Shown in pieces: positions 1 through 11,672 of a stretch of 64,000 nucleotides of DNA (the stretch's first letter is position 1; every line of letters starts with the position of its first letter). Both the position numbers and the translations under genes were made by a program. The notes beneath the pieces were generated by a model. That model saw nothing but the letters and a program-made list of their open reading frames with translations, had not been told where the DNA came from and did no database searches. Source of the stretch: Zancudomyces culisetae HAW-14-8 (Eukaryota > Fungi > Kickxellomycota); contig JBNJNM010000006.1 in the NCBI GenBank assembly GCA_052426225.1, forward strand, positions 2,170,001 to 2,234,000, given 5' to 3'.

Positions 1-7
1 TCAGGAC

Positions 8-3000
8 TTGCTTGATGGTGAAATGCAATACGAATCAGACTTTGAGCTAGACGCTAGCATAAGAGATAGACTTCGAGAAGTGGCCATCAGTATAAATCAC
101 TTTTCAAAGGACAATAACTCCTGTAAAGGCATTTACTATAAAATTGAAGAAACTGAGGCGCAGCTGACACTTAATTCGGCAAGCGCAACCCTGATCCAAT
201 ATATACAAAGTCTACCAAGAGACGATTACATCAAGCCAATTCCCAATTACACGCTGGAACAAGATAGTCGCTTAGGACATAGAACAGTGGTTTCGCTTCC
301 TTCCAATGCCGCAGTCAGGATGATAGCTGGGCCATGGACAACACTTGGACAGAAACTTTCAAAGAGGTTGGCACAGTTTTACTCTGTTATAGTTTTGTAC
401 TATTATGGCGCGTTAAATGATTACCTTGGTTGCATCGAAGTCAAAAAGGCGCCAGAAACACAAGTAACATCGGGGAGTATTTTGGAAAATGCATTTGAAG
501 AGCTTTTAAACATTCTTAACGGCGAGTATGTTTTCAACTCTTTTAATCCGCCCAAACTCCTAGGATGCACTACATCCTCTAACGAGAATGTTTCCGATGC
601 TGGCACAAATATTGGTAATTCCAATAATGGGAGCTTGGTATGTGCGGAGGAAGAAAGTCTGAATTCTAGCACCCACGATAACGATAGCTGCAGCACTAAA
701 CTTAACAGTAACGGCGATGCTAGCATCAATAACAAGGAAAATGACAACTGTGAGAAGAATGGTGCTACCACCAGGAACGCCAAACCAAAGTTTAAATATG
801 AAAATGGCGCGGTAGTGTATATGGTTGCTGAGCCAGTCACTTGGCAAATAACTCCGCTTAATACAGGAAATAGACGAGCACCACATATTAAAAATATTAG
901 TGACTTTGTTTCGGTGTATGTATACATTGTAGACCTCGAATACCCGGTTAAAGCGTATACTAATGATGACTATTTGAATCCGACATATTTTAAAGTACAA
1001 CCCTTCGAAGAAGCTGAACAAAATGACGAATTAACGCAACTGCTAGTGTTTTGTAGAAACCCTTTACCACCGGATGTTTTGATACCTTTGTACATCAACA
1101 TGATTTCCACTCCAATCTTTTACAAGTTTGATCCGCTTCCTGTGAACCAGATCCAAGCGGGCACAGGCGGAGCTTTGTTTGAACAAGAGTCTTGTTATTT
1201 AGATAACAAAGTGACGCTATCCCGCATGGAGTGGGAGACATCAGTGATATTTACAAGTGCCATATTTTCACTCCTCTTTTCTACTGAGATGCGATACTCG
1301 CCAAGTTCGGCAAGCTATTCATTTGGATATCCCACGAAAGAGTTTATGCAAAAAACAAATCGTATATTCAAAAGTAGAATGATGAACGTGTTTGCAGCCG
1401 CATGTACAAAACCAGACACATGTGTATCTACACACAAAGAATTCTTACAAAAAACTACAAAAATGCCTTTCTTTACCAACAAAGATATTGACTGGATGTT
1501 GATGATCAGAATCAATGAAAAACCAATGAAACTTTCCGACTACCCAGTCGAACAATGGGAAGAGCTGGCTGAAAAATATGCAGTTATATCGGAGACAGAC
1601 GGATATTCAATCCACAAACTTCAGGCTGTGCTGCATGACGTCACTGTCACAAGCTCCGTTTTAGATATTGCAAAGGCGGCAGAGAAAGTAGCAGATGGTA
1701 ACCGGTATGATAAGTCAGCGAATGCCAGTCCCGATATGTCTGTAGACACCTCTGCTGATCCACAAGTGGAAAGAGTATCGTATTACAATGGTGAGTTTAT
1801 CCGGGGAATCAAAAAGCTGATAAAAAGCATTGGTCCAAATGCCCGAGAAATCCGCTTACTAGATCACCTGAACCACCGGCAACTACTGTACAGAGACCTT
1901 GAATATTATCTTCTTGCAAATACACCGCTAGTGTATGCACCCACTATAAACGTTTCATTAGATTACTTTCGCAGTGCAGCGTTTATAGATGATATGAAAT
2001 CTTATGAATCGTTGTCTTCGGACGTTGATCTGTCATTGACAGATAGCGATGCCTTGAGATATCAGAAGATTTTGCAAGAGATGGAAATTAATGACAGCGA
2101 AGAGCTGAGTGATGGTAAAAAAAAGTTTATATCGGCAAAAATGGAAGAGCGGAGGTTTTCTAGCGCGGTCAGGGGATTTGAAAAGATTATTGCCGTTCCA
2201 ATGATGACTCAGGTGCTTCCTTGGTCAGTACGCCAGATTTATAAACTTTCTGTAATCCCATCGCTAATGACAAGACTGAATAACACGCTGATCCACAATG
2301 ATCTGAGCACATCATTGGACCTACCGATTTATCCAAATTCTGTTGAGTTTGCTGATCAAACAACACCTCAAGCGCAAACGCAAACGCAAACGCAAACAGA
2401 AGCAACCAACTACAATGCCTCGGATGAGTTTGGTTTAGCTGACTCTGCTGAAAACGTTGGGGAAGAACAACTCGGTAGTGTATACGACGTACACACTAAA
2501 AATGAGGACGTTTATTTTGATCTCAAAAAGCTGTATTCGCATATATATACCGATATGGTTGGGCAACAAACACAAAGGAAGATGGAAGATTCGAGAATGA
2601 GAAAAATGTTTTTGCAGGGAGGCGTGGAAGGAACACTACAAGATGTGGAGTGGCTTGAACAACTAAAGTCTAATATTAAACTTCGGGTATCCAGCAACTA
2701 TTCTCATCTGAATCTACTGCCAGGTTGGCTACTAAGAGCCGCACTCACAATGTCTATTTCCAACGAAGATGTAAACTACCAGCGGCTAGAGATTCTGGGC
2801 GACTGTGTTCTAAGGCTGATTATGGCCACCCAGCTATTTGCTGGGCTCGTCCCACTTGTATCGCATGAAGGTGTTTTGAGCTCCTACATAAGTTTACTCG
2901 TTAGTAACGAAACTTTATCCAAGTTATGTAAGCGGAGCGGGCTCTATTTTGGAGTTGTTCCCCTTTCAATGCAGAAAAAGACTTTTTTCCCTCCAGGTCC

Positions 3001-5494
3001 CGGGTGGCGTAAAGCACATTATCCGCTGCCTAGAATGATTCCGTTTAACTCACAGCCTTGGAACTACATGCGAGGCTGTCCTGCCACATATCTGAGCTAC
3101 AGAGATGACACTTCTGTCTCGCCTGAGTTTTTGGAAACTGAATGCATGTGTGCTATCGAGGAGCATAGGGAATACGAGAGAAAGAACAACCTACTGTCAC
3201 AAATAAACAACAAGAGAAAGATGATTGGCGAGAACAACACAAACGTGTGCTATAACAAAAAGTTAATTACTGCCCTCGACCTCAAATCAATGTCGCGATT
3301 AAAACCCACACCCATTTCCTTATATGATTATGCGCCTACGTATGACAGATCTCTTAGAAAACTTTCTTCAGCCTCCAAACCGCTTCCTCGCACCTACTTT
3401 GGTAGATCAAAAGCATTGGAGGAATTGGTTGATGCTCACTACGAAGATTATTCGGATGGCAGCTCCGCAGAGGAGATCTCACTAAGCGACCTTATAAGAT
3501 ACTCAAACGCGGACAAGATCAAGAACAAATCGGTATTAGACGAGTTGAACAGCTCTGATAACGATGGTGATGAGGCAGTAACGGATATGAGCCTGGACTT
3601 ATTCAGATCAGCAACGAGCAACTCAAACGCAAAAAGGAGTGACAAGCGAAAAACAATTGTAAATAAAAGCATGATTGAGTTAGACCGTAGCCGTGATAAA
3701 GAGTTTGGAGAACTACAAACTGGCGTTTGCAATGATTATCTCACAAGCTCAGATGAGGAAAGTGATTCAGAGGCAGTGGAAATAACCCTGGCGGAAATAC
3801 AGGCCATTTCTACGATTTCTCGTCCAAAACCGTTTTACCTGTTTTTCAGACACAAACCTCCGCCAGTGGAAAAAATATTCAAAAAGCCCTCACCACTTCA
3901 CAAACAACACTATCCACTAAGACACAAGAGCCCTGAGTTTGCCAAGATATCTAACAAAGCCCAGGCCGATCTGGTAGAGTCTATCTTGGGAGCTGCTTAC
4001 AAGATGGGCCGGGAGCACGCTGCATTTATTACAGCAAAAAAATTAGGGTTGGTTAAAAAAGAGTGGAATGTCTGGGAGGACATGAGCTTATCATATTCTC
4101 AAACAGTCCATAAATACAAGAAAAAACGTACCCAACAACAAGCCGGCTTTAACGAACAGCCAAGCATTAATACTTGGTTTGGGAATGATCCGTATTTGCA
4201 ATACATAACGTCAAAGGTTGAGAAACTACAGCGTATCATCGGATATAGATTTAAGGATCCAAGCCTGGCAATAGAAGCGACTACGCACGCATCTATTTCG
4301 ACATCTAAAGCACCATCATATCAGCGGCTTGAGTTCCTGGGCGACTCTGTTCTGGCATTTTTGACTACACGGTACTACTTTGACGAATTCCGGTACACCG
4401 CACCGCTGACTCCCCACCAGATTACACTTGCCAAACATGTTGCGGTTAGCAATGATGTTCTGGGATTAATCGCGCAACGACACAATCTGGTGGCATTCCT
4501 AGAGTACAATAATGATGTTTTGGATCGTGAAATCAGAGTCTATTGTAGTTGCATTGAGCAGGTCACTGAGCTGTACAGAAAACGATCGGACTCGTACACC
4601 AATTCAGACATTGGCTATGGTAGTAGCAGTAGCAGTGATAGTGATAGTGATAGTGATAACAATGGTAACGGCTATTCCGAGTACATAAACGGTGTACATG
4701 ATACGAGCGTCGGAGAAACGGACGTACCAAAATGGCTGGATTTGCCACCAGAGGCATGGAAACTTATTCCAGCGCCCAAAGTTCTGGGCGATCTTACAGA
4801 GTCGATATTTGGCGCTGTGTATACAGATAGTGGTTTTTCGGTAGATTCTGTCACCAAGCTGTTTGAGCATTTGATCGTTCCATTCCTCGACAGATTTATT
4901 ATGGGCATGCATCAAATCACCCTGAACCCAATTATCCAATCGACACTGTTGGTCCAAGCAAAAGGCTGCTGCGCATACGGATTCTCTACGTTTAATATTG
5001 GTGAGTCTGGGTTAGACTACAACTCGACCATTGTAAAATTGTTGTTATATAATATTAAAGCCAAGATTCAAAACTCTGCCAAATTCAACTCCAATGCTAG
5101 CTCTAATAATGACTCTAATGACTCTAATGACAATAATGCGGATAAAAAACAATACAGCAAAGCTACCAACGACAAGTTTCTTAATGAAAAGGAATACCTG
5201 CTCCGAACGTACCAAACTTACTCTGTTGTTACGCTTACTGTACACGACGACTCGAATATCCTCTCTGTCGGCTATGGACCTACCCAGAAACTTGCCAGGC
5301 TCCGATGCGCAGAGGATTTGGTAGATCGGTGGGAATGCGATGCCAGCGGTGTTATTGCTGGTTTGGGAGTCCAAAGGCAATTCGCCATGTCGTCAATACC
5401 GTCACACACATCATTGACTGAGTCCACAAAGAACCCAGCACCTGGAATCCGCGACTTACTACATTCTCTTTGTGATTGCCCCTCCAAAAAATAG
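8..5494 (+). CDS. Dicer-like protein, 5' part (helicase) outside the window: dimerisation (DUF283-like) domain, RNase IIIa, RNase IIIb, C-terminal dsRBD
   Basis: Two RNase III signatures (YQRLEILGDCVL...ADLVESILGA; YQRLEFLGDSVL...GDLTESIFGA). N-terminal 'LTLNSASATLIQYIQSLPRDDY' is typical of the Dicer dimerisation domain. The frame is open to the window edge. Confidence 0.93.
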   Translation: MLDGEMQYESDFELDASIRDRLREVAISINHFSKDNNSCKGIYYKIEETEAQLTLNSASATLIQYIQSLPRDDYIKPIPNYTLEQDSRLGHRTVVSLPSNAAVRMIAGPWTTLGQKLSKRLAQFYSVIVLYYYGALNDYLGCIEVKKAPETQVTSGSILENAFEELLNILNGEYVFNSFNPPKLLGCTTSSNENVSDAGTNIGNSNNGSLVCAEEESLNSSTHDNDSCSTKLNSNGDASINNKENDNCEKNGATTRNAKPKFKYENGAVVYMVAEPVTWQITPLNTGNRRAPHIKNISDFVSVYVYIVDLEYPVKAYTNDDYLNPTYFKVQPFEEAEQNDELTQLLVFCRNPLPPDVLIPLYINMISTPIFYKFDPLPVNQIQAGTGGALFEQESCYLDNKVTLSRMEWETSVIFTSAIFSLLFSTEMRYSPSSASYSFGYPTKEFMQKTNRIFKSRMMNVFAAACTKPDTCVSTHKEFLQKTTKMPFFTNKDIDWMLMIRINEKPMKLSDYPVEQWEELAEKYAVISETDGYSIHKLQAVLHDVTVTSSVLDIAKAAEKVADGNRYDKSANASPDMSVDTSADPQVERVSYYNGEFIRGIKKLIKSIGPNAREIRLLDHLNHRQLLYRDLEYYLLANTPLVYAPTINVSLDYFRSAAFIDDMKSYESLSSDVDLSLTDSDALRYQKILQEMEINDSEELSDGKKKFISAKMEERRFSSAVRGFEKIIAVPMMTQVLPWSVRQIYKLSVIPSLMTRLNNTLIHNDLSTSLDLPIYPNSVEFADQTTPQAQTQTQTQTEATNYNASDEFGLADSAENVGEEQLGSVYDVHTKNEDVYFDLKKLYSHIYTDMVGQQTQRKMEDSRMRKMFLQGGVEGTLQDVEWLEQLKSNIKLRVSSNYSHLNLLPGWLLRAALTMSISNEDVNYQRLEILGDCVLRLIMATQLFAGLVPLVSHEGVLSSYISLLVSNETLSKLCKRSGLYFGVVPLSMQKKTFFPPGPGWRKAHYPLPRMIPFNSQPWNYMRGCPATYLSYRDDTSVSPEFLETECMCAIEEHREYERKNNLLSQINNKRKMIGENNTNVCYNKKLITALDLKSMSRLKPTPISLYDYAPTYDRSLRKLSSASKPLPRTYFGRSKALEELVDAHYEDYSDGSSAEEISLSDLIRYSNADKIKNKSVLDELNSSDNDGDEAVTDMSLDLFRSATSNSNAKRSDKRKTIVNKSMIELDRSRDKEFGELQTGVCNDYLTSSDEESDSEAVEITLAEIQAISTISRPKPFYLFFRHKPPPVEKIFKKPSPLHKQHYPLRHKSPEFAKISNKAQADLVESILGAAYKMGREHAAFITAKKLGLVKKEWNVWEDMSLSYSQTVHKYKKKRTQQQAGFNEQPSINTWFGNDPYLQYITSKVEKLQRIIGYRFKDPSLAIEATTHASISTSKAPSYQRLEFLGDSVLAFLTTRYYFDEFRYTAPLTPHQITLAKHVAVSNDVLGLIAQRHNLVAFLEYNNDVLDREIRVYCSCIEQVTELYRKRSDSYTNSDIGYGSSSSSDSDSDSDNNGNGYSEYINGVHDTSVGETDVPKWLDLPPEAWKLIPAPKVLGDLTESIFGAVYTDSGFSVDSVTKLFEHLIVPFLDRFIMGMHQITLNPIIQSTLLVQAKGCCAYGFSTFNIGESGLDYNSTIVKLLLYNIKAKIQNSAKFNSNASSNNDSNDSNDNNADKKQYSKATNDKFLNEKEYLLRTYQTYSVVTLTVHDDSNILSVGYGPTQKLARLRCAEDLVDRWECDASGVIAGLGVQRQFAMSSIPSHTSLTESTKNPAPGIRDLLHSLCDCPSKK

Positions 5495-5621
5495 TACACT
5501 TTTACATTATTTATTTGAGCATTTTTCTTTTTGCTTTTATGTTTTCTAAGCATTTTATATTTACACAAATGAAATATATACAAACACACAAATTGACTGT
5601 CAAAAAGGAAAAAATGAAGAG

Positions 5622-8600
5622 CTACCAATACTGACCATTGGCCTTTGCGGGAATAGTTAGGACAGCCTTTTCAGGAAACAGTAAACCGATATTTTGGTTA
5701 TCTGGGAGGGACTCTTCAGTGTCACCACAAATGCCGTGGGATTGAAAGTATCTGGCAAAAGCCTCTGGACGTCCAAGCTCGCTAAACATGCTCAAAAACT
5801 GGTTTCTGGAATATTCGACTTGAGTCTTTGCTAGATTCCAAAGCTGAAAGATCGCCATCATGTTTCCATAGTTGTTTCCATGTCCATAGCTCTGGTTATG
5901 GTTATTATTACGACTATGACTATGACCATGTTTATGGCTATGTTTATGTTTATGGCTATGGCTATGAGCTGAAGGTTGAGCATCACCAGTATTTCCACTA
6001 CCACCACTACTAGTATTGGTGTTAGTGTTTCTGCTGGCGTTGCTAAATACAGTTGGTATTATAGTATCTACATTAATGCTACAAATAAACGATGCCAACT
6101 CCCTAAACGAACTATGCTCGCTGTAGGGAACCGGAAAAATCACTACGTTGTCGGTTCTCGAAAGCGGTTTAAGAGAATCTTTACTGAATTCACTTATATT
6201 TTTGGCTGATGTGGACAAAAAGTTTGAGGGAACACACTGGTTTCCCAGCTCATAGCTTAGAAGCATGGGCTGTCTATACCCTGTCTTCATGGTGGTTTTT
6301 ATGTACTCGTACAGCCGTTTTCTCTCGTCAACAATGGGTATGTCGAGTCGCTTCCTGTATGGGTTAAAATCGCTTTCAGCAACATTTGGATGACCATACT
6401 TGTTTAGATGTGTCTGCTGAAATGTCCAGCCAGTCGGTCTAAATGCCACTAGATAGTCAAAATATTCGCTGTATTTAGCTAGATATTCTGCCATTGTTGC
6501 TTTCTTAATCGAATGCAAGCTAACAACATGAATCTGCGCCATGCTTGGATCATCCGTAAGCAGCAATGCGTCTTTCGGCTCTAGAACAATTTGCATAATC
6601 ATTTTTTTGTTGCCGAAATTTGTATTATCCACATATATTTTGGAATGTAGTGACTTTGCAACCTCCAAAAATAACCGTTCCTTGCCTATAAGGTAGGTTC
6701 CAACCACAAATAACGTTCGTTTCCTCCGTCTCTGTTTAGTGTTCTTAGAGTCGGTATGTCCCAACAAATTCAGTTTCTTCTTTACGCTTCCAAAGTATTT
6801 TGTCAGTGGCTCGACATACACAAGCTCGGCACTTGGCCTTTCGGTCGTCATGTGCGAGGATTTTACTATAGTTTTGTTAGTATACCGTATATTGTTGTTT
6901 CTTGCTAGCTGCGTGGCTCTATCTCCCGAATTCAACACCTTGCATAAATCTACAACCGCATCTATTACCTGTCTCTGAGCAGGAAAAACATATTTTGAGT
7001 CCATATATGTTGTGTCTAGGTACAGCTTGTTAATCAAATGCATTGTTGGTGGCAATTCATCCATCACCTCCTCATCCTTGACCTCGCAATCTTCCAATTT
7101 TACCAGTGGGTAAAACCCAAATATCTTCCTGTTGGTTATAGAAAGGTCGGATCCTAATTTTACAAGATTTATGCTATTGTAGACCTGAATTGTTTTTTTA
7201 AGCGCTGATACATGAAACGGACTGGCTCTAAAATCGCCTGTATGTAAACTACGTTCTCTCCTTATTTCCTTTTCATGGCTTTCCCAACCAAAATCAATGT
7301 TTCTTTCACGCTCGTACCCTAATGTATCAAAAAAAAGCATTACTGACCCCGGGCAGTGATTGGCATCAATCAGAGTCACCACTGAATTTTCTATAAGTAT
7401 AGGCCAATTCATAGGCAATCTACATACAAACTGTGGCTCTACTTTTAGTACATTAACCACCAAATCCCCCGTTGTTTTTGAGCAGTATATTATTCCGTGT
7501 TTAAACTTAGCCGTAAGCCCGCCATAATGATCTGAATGAAAATGTGTCAAAAAGTACCCTGTCACACCCTCTATTTTACCATAACTGAACGCATCTACCA
7601 CAAACCCGGTTTCCGGAATCCTTTTGTATTCAGGACATTTTCTGTACCTACTCGACATATTTATCCCACCACCAACCCCTTGCTTTGAATTAACCTCGCT
7701 TATCGTTGCACTTCTATGCCAAGATACAGCCTTTGCCAATTCTCTTTGAACCTCCTCCGCATCCATGTCGCTGATAAATTCTTGGTTACTATTGCCATCA
7801 TTTCTATCTTTTTCGTTCATCTCAAGAATCTTTATTGTGTTTCCTGCATCATTCACCACCATTTCAAGCTCCTCGTGATCCATTTTTTCAGACAAAATAA
7901 CCTGGTCTTGGGCATTTTGAATGTTCTCAAATGGCCGTTCCAGTTCTGTTGTAATGGTGCTACTGTCGTTTATATCCATTTTTGGAATAGTGTTTTCATT
8001 TTTTTCGCCACTGTATTCATCTAAAATAACTGGTTCAGTGTCCTTATCAAGTTGTGGTATATTTTTACTCGGCTCTGCACCCTCCAGTTCGGAGAGATCA
8101 TCTGAAAAATCGCTGCTGCAGATTACCTTTTTTGCCCGCCTTCTACTTCCAGAATTACTCCTTCTCTTTGATATCACCACCTCTACCTTGTACTTATACT
8201 TGTCAACGCGTGCATTTACACCTATACGATTTATTGTAGTTAACGAATCACAGCGATCATGCCTTTGTTTATGCTGTACAAAATGGTCTCCCGCAAAAAA
8301 ACCATCAGACTCACAGCTACCCTTTAGACCCATGTTTGGAGAGCACATTTTAGCGCGCTTAGTCACAGGACTCGTCTGGTTTTCTTGTTCGTCCCACTCG
8401 GTCGCATCAAAGCTACTTCTTTTCTGAACAGCAGTGCAAACTCTACCCGTGTGTCTCTGTTCCTGCAAAATCACACCTCCTGTCACGTTTCCTGTGGTAT
8501 TTTCTTTCTGTTTTTCGTTGCTTTTTACAGCTTCTCGTATAGCCAACTGACTTTTTTGCCTTAGAATCTTAATTTGTTGCGTTAATTCCTCCTGTTGCAA

Positions 8601-8999
8601 ATCTAAACAGTTGTTAATATGTAGTGTCATTTTGACTATGCTATGCGAACTAAATATTTTACCGCAGACATAGCATTCGGTAGAAGACAAGAGACCCCTG
8701 AGCATAAACGGTTTGACATCCTCTGATCTATCTGCATTGCTCTCTACTTCAAAATGCTGCTCTTTTTCTACAATCAAATTGCTCTCATTCCTGAACTCGA
8801 CCACTGCCCGTTGTTTGTTGATTCCAAGCTCCGTGATAACAGCCGCATTTTTCCGAGGTCTCCCTCTCCCTCTTTTCTCGTTTATAACCGGAATGCACCG
8901 GAGCGGTGCGTTTTCGTGGTTAGTTCTTCCAAAATTTAGCAGGGTTTGTAGCTTTCTTTGTGGCAAATTCTTGACAGACTTATGACCGAGATCGTTCAT
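5622..8999 (-). CDS. PSO2: SNM1A/PSO2-type DNA cross-link repair nuclease (metallo-beta-lactamase/beta-CASP)
   Basis: Motifs YFLTHFHSDHYGGL, DANHCPGS, LHTGDFRA, LYLDTTY, VPYSEHSSFREL. N-terminal UBZ-like CYVC...H...C and AT-hook-like RGRGRPRK. Confidence 0.92.
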   Translation of the reverse strand: MNDLGHKSVKNLPQRKLQTLLNFGRTNHENAPLRCIPVINEKRGRGRPRKNAAVITELGINKQRAVVEFRNESNLIVEKEQHFEVESNADRSEDVKPFMLRGLLSSTECYVCGKIFSSHSIVKMTLHINNCLDLQQEELTQQIKILRQKSQLAIREAVKSNEKQKENTTGNVTGGVILQEQRHTGRVCTAVQKRSSFDATEWDEQENQTSPVTKRAKMCSPNMGLKGSCESDGFFAGDHFVQHKQRHDRCDSLTTINRIGVNARVDKYKYKVEVVISKRRSNSGSRRRAKKVICSSDFSDDLSELEGAEPSKNIPQLDKDTEPVILDEYSGEKNENTIPKMDINDSSTITTELERPFENIQNAQDQVILSEKMDHEELEMVVNDAGNTIKILEMNEKDRNDGNSNQEFISDMDAEEVQRELAKAVSWHRSATISEVNSKQGVGGGINMSSRYRKCPEYKRIPETGFVVDAFSYGKIEGVTGYFLTHFHSDHYGGLTAKFKHGIIYCSKTTGDLVVNVLKVEPQFVCRLPMNWPILIENSVVTLIDANHCPGSVMLFFDTLGYERERNIDFGWESHEKEIRRERSLHTGDFRASPFHVSALKKTIQVYNSINLVKLGSDLSITNRKIFGFYPLVKLEDCEVKDEEVMDELPPTMHLINKLYLDTTYMDSKYVFPAQRQVIDAVVDLCKVLNSGDRATQLARNNNIRYTNKTIVKSSHMTTERPSAELVYVEPLTKYFGSVKKKLNLLGHTDSKNTKQRRRKRTLFVVGTYLIGKERLFLEVAKSLHSKIYVDNTNFGNKKMIMQIVLEPKDALLLTDDPSMAQIHVVSLHSIKKATMAEYLAKYSEYFDYLVAFRPTGWTFQQTHLNKYGHPNVAESDFNPYRKRLDIPIVDERKRLYEYIKTTMKTGYRQPMLLSYELGNQCVPSNFLSTSAKNISEFSKDSLKPLSRTDNVVIFPVPYSEHSSFRELASFICSINVDTIIPTVFSNASRNTNTNTSSGGSGNTGDAQPSAHSHSHKHKHSHKHGHSHSRNNNHNQSYGHGNNYGNMMAIFQLWNLAKTQVEYSRNQFLSMFSELGRPEAFARYFQSHGICGDTEESLPDNQNIGLLFPEKAVLTIPAKANGQYW

Positions 9000-9545
9000 A
9001 TTGCACAGAATAGTAATTTGTTTATCATCATTTCAAAAGTCCATGCCCAGCGTTGATATATTGGAAATGATTCAACTATTCTTTTTTGGATTATTAGGTT
9101 TGTTGCTATTTTCTACAATTTATTACCGCTGTTATTTTTTTTTCTTAAGGAAAACAAACTTTTAAACGAACCAAACAATAATATTTACTCTAATGTCAAT
9201 CTTATTTTACCATAATTTCTATCTTCATGAAAAATGCAAACATCCAATCAGGATTAGGTAAACGCCAAAACATTTTGACGAATTGATTAGCTTATTACTT
9301 GAGAGGGTCGAACTCAAACCCTTACTCCAAATAACCTACATAATGCAAAGCATCCTTGACATGTCATGATTATAATGTATTTGTTTTACTCATAGATACA
9401 TTAAATAGGTGATGGCAGGAATACAAAGCAATAGTATTAGCAGCAGCTACAACTAAACAACTTGCAAAGCTATGCCATCGGGAAATTTACAGATCTAGAA
9501 AAATTATCCAAATAACCAATTGTAGAAGCGCCAATATATCCTCCT

Positions 9546-11672
9546 CTACTTGTGCTTTTGCGAGATTCCATCTTGCATATTCAAGTATTTCCTTTGAAGT
9601 CTCCTGATGTAAGCTTTTCCTCCAAATAAATGAAGTAATATGTTAACTATAATCAAGTCAAATATCACATAGTAATTGAATTTTCCCCATGCCTCCCAGC
9701 TATCCTTAATGTTCAGTAAAAAGAAAGGTATCATGGCAAATGACATGATGCAGGATGTTACAAAAATCGATAAGCCATTATAAAACACGCGGAAAGTTTT
9801 GTGGTACCTCCCCAAGAATTGGGAATCTGAATAGAACGGTTTCATGAGTCGTGTAACATCTCTTGATGTATTAGATATTACTGCACCTATTGCAAATGTC
9901 AGGTAATACCCGGGATAAAATCCATGCCACCAAGCCGAAACCAAAAATGTTAATATTGTTGATCTTCTACTCGATCTCTTTCCGTGGGGTAACGAACGAA
10001 TATAAACGTGCTCTTTCAGCCATGTATTAGTACAAATGTTCCATGCACCTATGAATTCTCTTGGGTCGGAGGCAAGTTCGATTTTGGAGATTTTAACATT
10101 AGCAAGAGGCGCACTACAAGTTGTAACATTCGGTAAATCACCTGTTTAATAATCTCAATCCTTTTTCTTTTACTTCAAAGCAAGCATATAAGCCAAAGTT
10201 GAATAATCATTAGCCGAAATATTAGAGGTATTAAAAATAAAAAAACTTACTATTCTGGTTCATCTTCCTGGTTATACCCTGTAAAACCCAGGCCTGAAAT
10301 AACACTCGCGCCTTCGGAAAGTCTCCACACAATATAAAACTTTGATCTTGCTACTACTCCGCACATGTAAATATAAAACAACCTAAATTTTTTAGATTTT
10401 TCTTTCATCAGTAGGTGTTTGAGTTATTCCGACATTTAATAGACACTGCTCCTTCTCCTATTGTAGCTTTCAAACAAAAAATATATATCAATAGTAAACT
10501 ATCGAGTATGATTACCTGTATGAAAGCGAATAACCACCAAATGCTCCTAAGAGAAGTTGTGAAAATTGAAAATGCCCACCAAGCACAAAAAACACTGCCA
10601 GCCAAAACAGTGAACGCAGCATTCGATCATATCCATATAATACTCTTGACGCCGTTATGGTACTCTATTGTTCCCATTGGTTAAAGTTACATATGCCCCA
10701 ACTTATTCATAGCTGCATACAGCCATTCTAGTAAATAACCCGAGTATAAAGATATCTTACACTATCTGCGTTGATAAAGCTCTTGTATAGCGAAAACTAT
10801 TTACAGTAAAAAAATATTATTCAGTTGGATATTCAGACATTTATTTCCAGTAAAATAATGCGTAATTATTATACTTTATGTTCGAATTAATCATACAGCT
10901 TGCATAAATTACCTCAAATGTTGGACCTGTATTGAGAGTTGGGAAAAAAAACGCATATCCCAAATATTCAAGGATTCCAGGTGGCGCAGTTAGTTTGTTC
11001 TTCATTCCATATGGTGTCAATTTCTAAAATATATAGCACAAAGGTTTGCGTAAAATGCTTATCTTCTGGTATTTTAATAATGAGGGTGTCGTTTACGGAA
11101 AGCTACCTTTTTACTGTCTCTTCCATCATATAAAGAAAATGCCAACGACGTAAACTTAATTACGAGTAGCATCTGTGGCCCCGTATGATCGTACCGCGTT
11201 TGATCGACTTCCGAAATTTGGCGAAGGTATTGGCTATTATCGATAGCAAATCACTCATCACTTTTTTTTTCCTTTTAAACAACACAAATTCTAGTTGTTT
11301 TAGCTTACTCGTAAGAGATATATAGAAAATACACCAAAACTCGTACCTGTATGACATGTGTATCATTGAATATATAAAAACCGAATACGTCATAGCTTTC
11401 CCTCTCAAATTAGCAATCATTATATACACTATAGCACAATGTACCAGTAAATGTACCAAGCCAACATAAAGCTCTTGCAGAAAAAGCAGCATTAAAATAC
11501 TCGGAACAAAACTGTAAACGTTCTTAAGCCATTTTTTGTCATTTGGAATCTTTCGGAATACCATAGCCAAGGGGTACGAAATAAACAGGATCAATATGAT
11601 CACCACTTGATCTGCTCCAATTCCGCCGAGGAGTTGGTCCGATATATTTTGTATGTAATTTTGCACAACCAT
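9546..11672 (-). CDS. ALE1: MBOAT lysophospholipid acyltransferase (ALE1/LPCAT3-like), multi-exon
   Basis: Exons joined by eye across GT-AG introns give DHTGPQMLLVIKFTSLAFSLYDG, LEYLGYAFFFPTLNTGPTFE, WNICTNTWLKEHVY and SAWWHGFYPGYY (catalytic His). Confidence 0.88.

Noticed and set aside
421-5628. Numerous 60-170 aa ORFs antisense to or overlapping Dicer (and likewise inside other genes and pol ORFs)
   Set aside because: Shadow ORFs with no recognisable motifs.
8-8999. Dicer plus SNM1 nuclease as a functional defence cluster
   Set aside because: Convergent housekeeping genes; adjacency alone is not evidence in a compact fungal genome.
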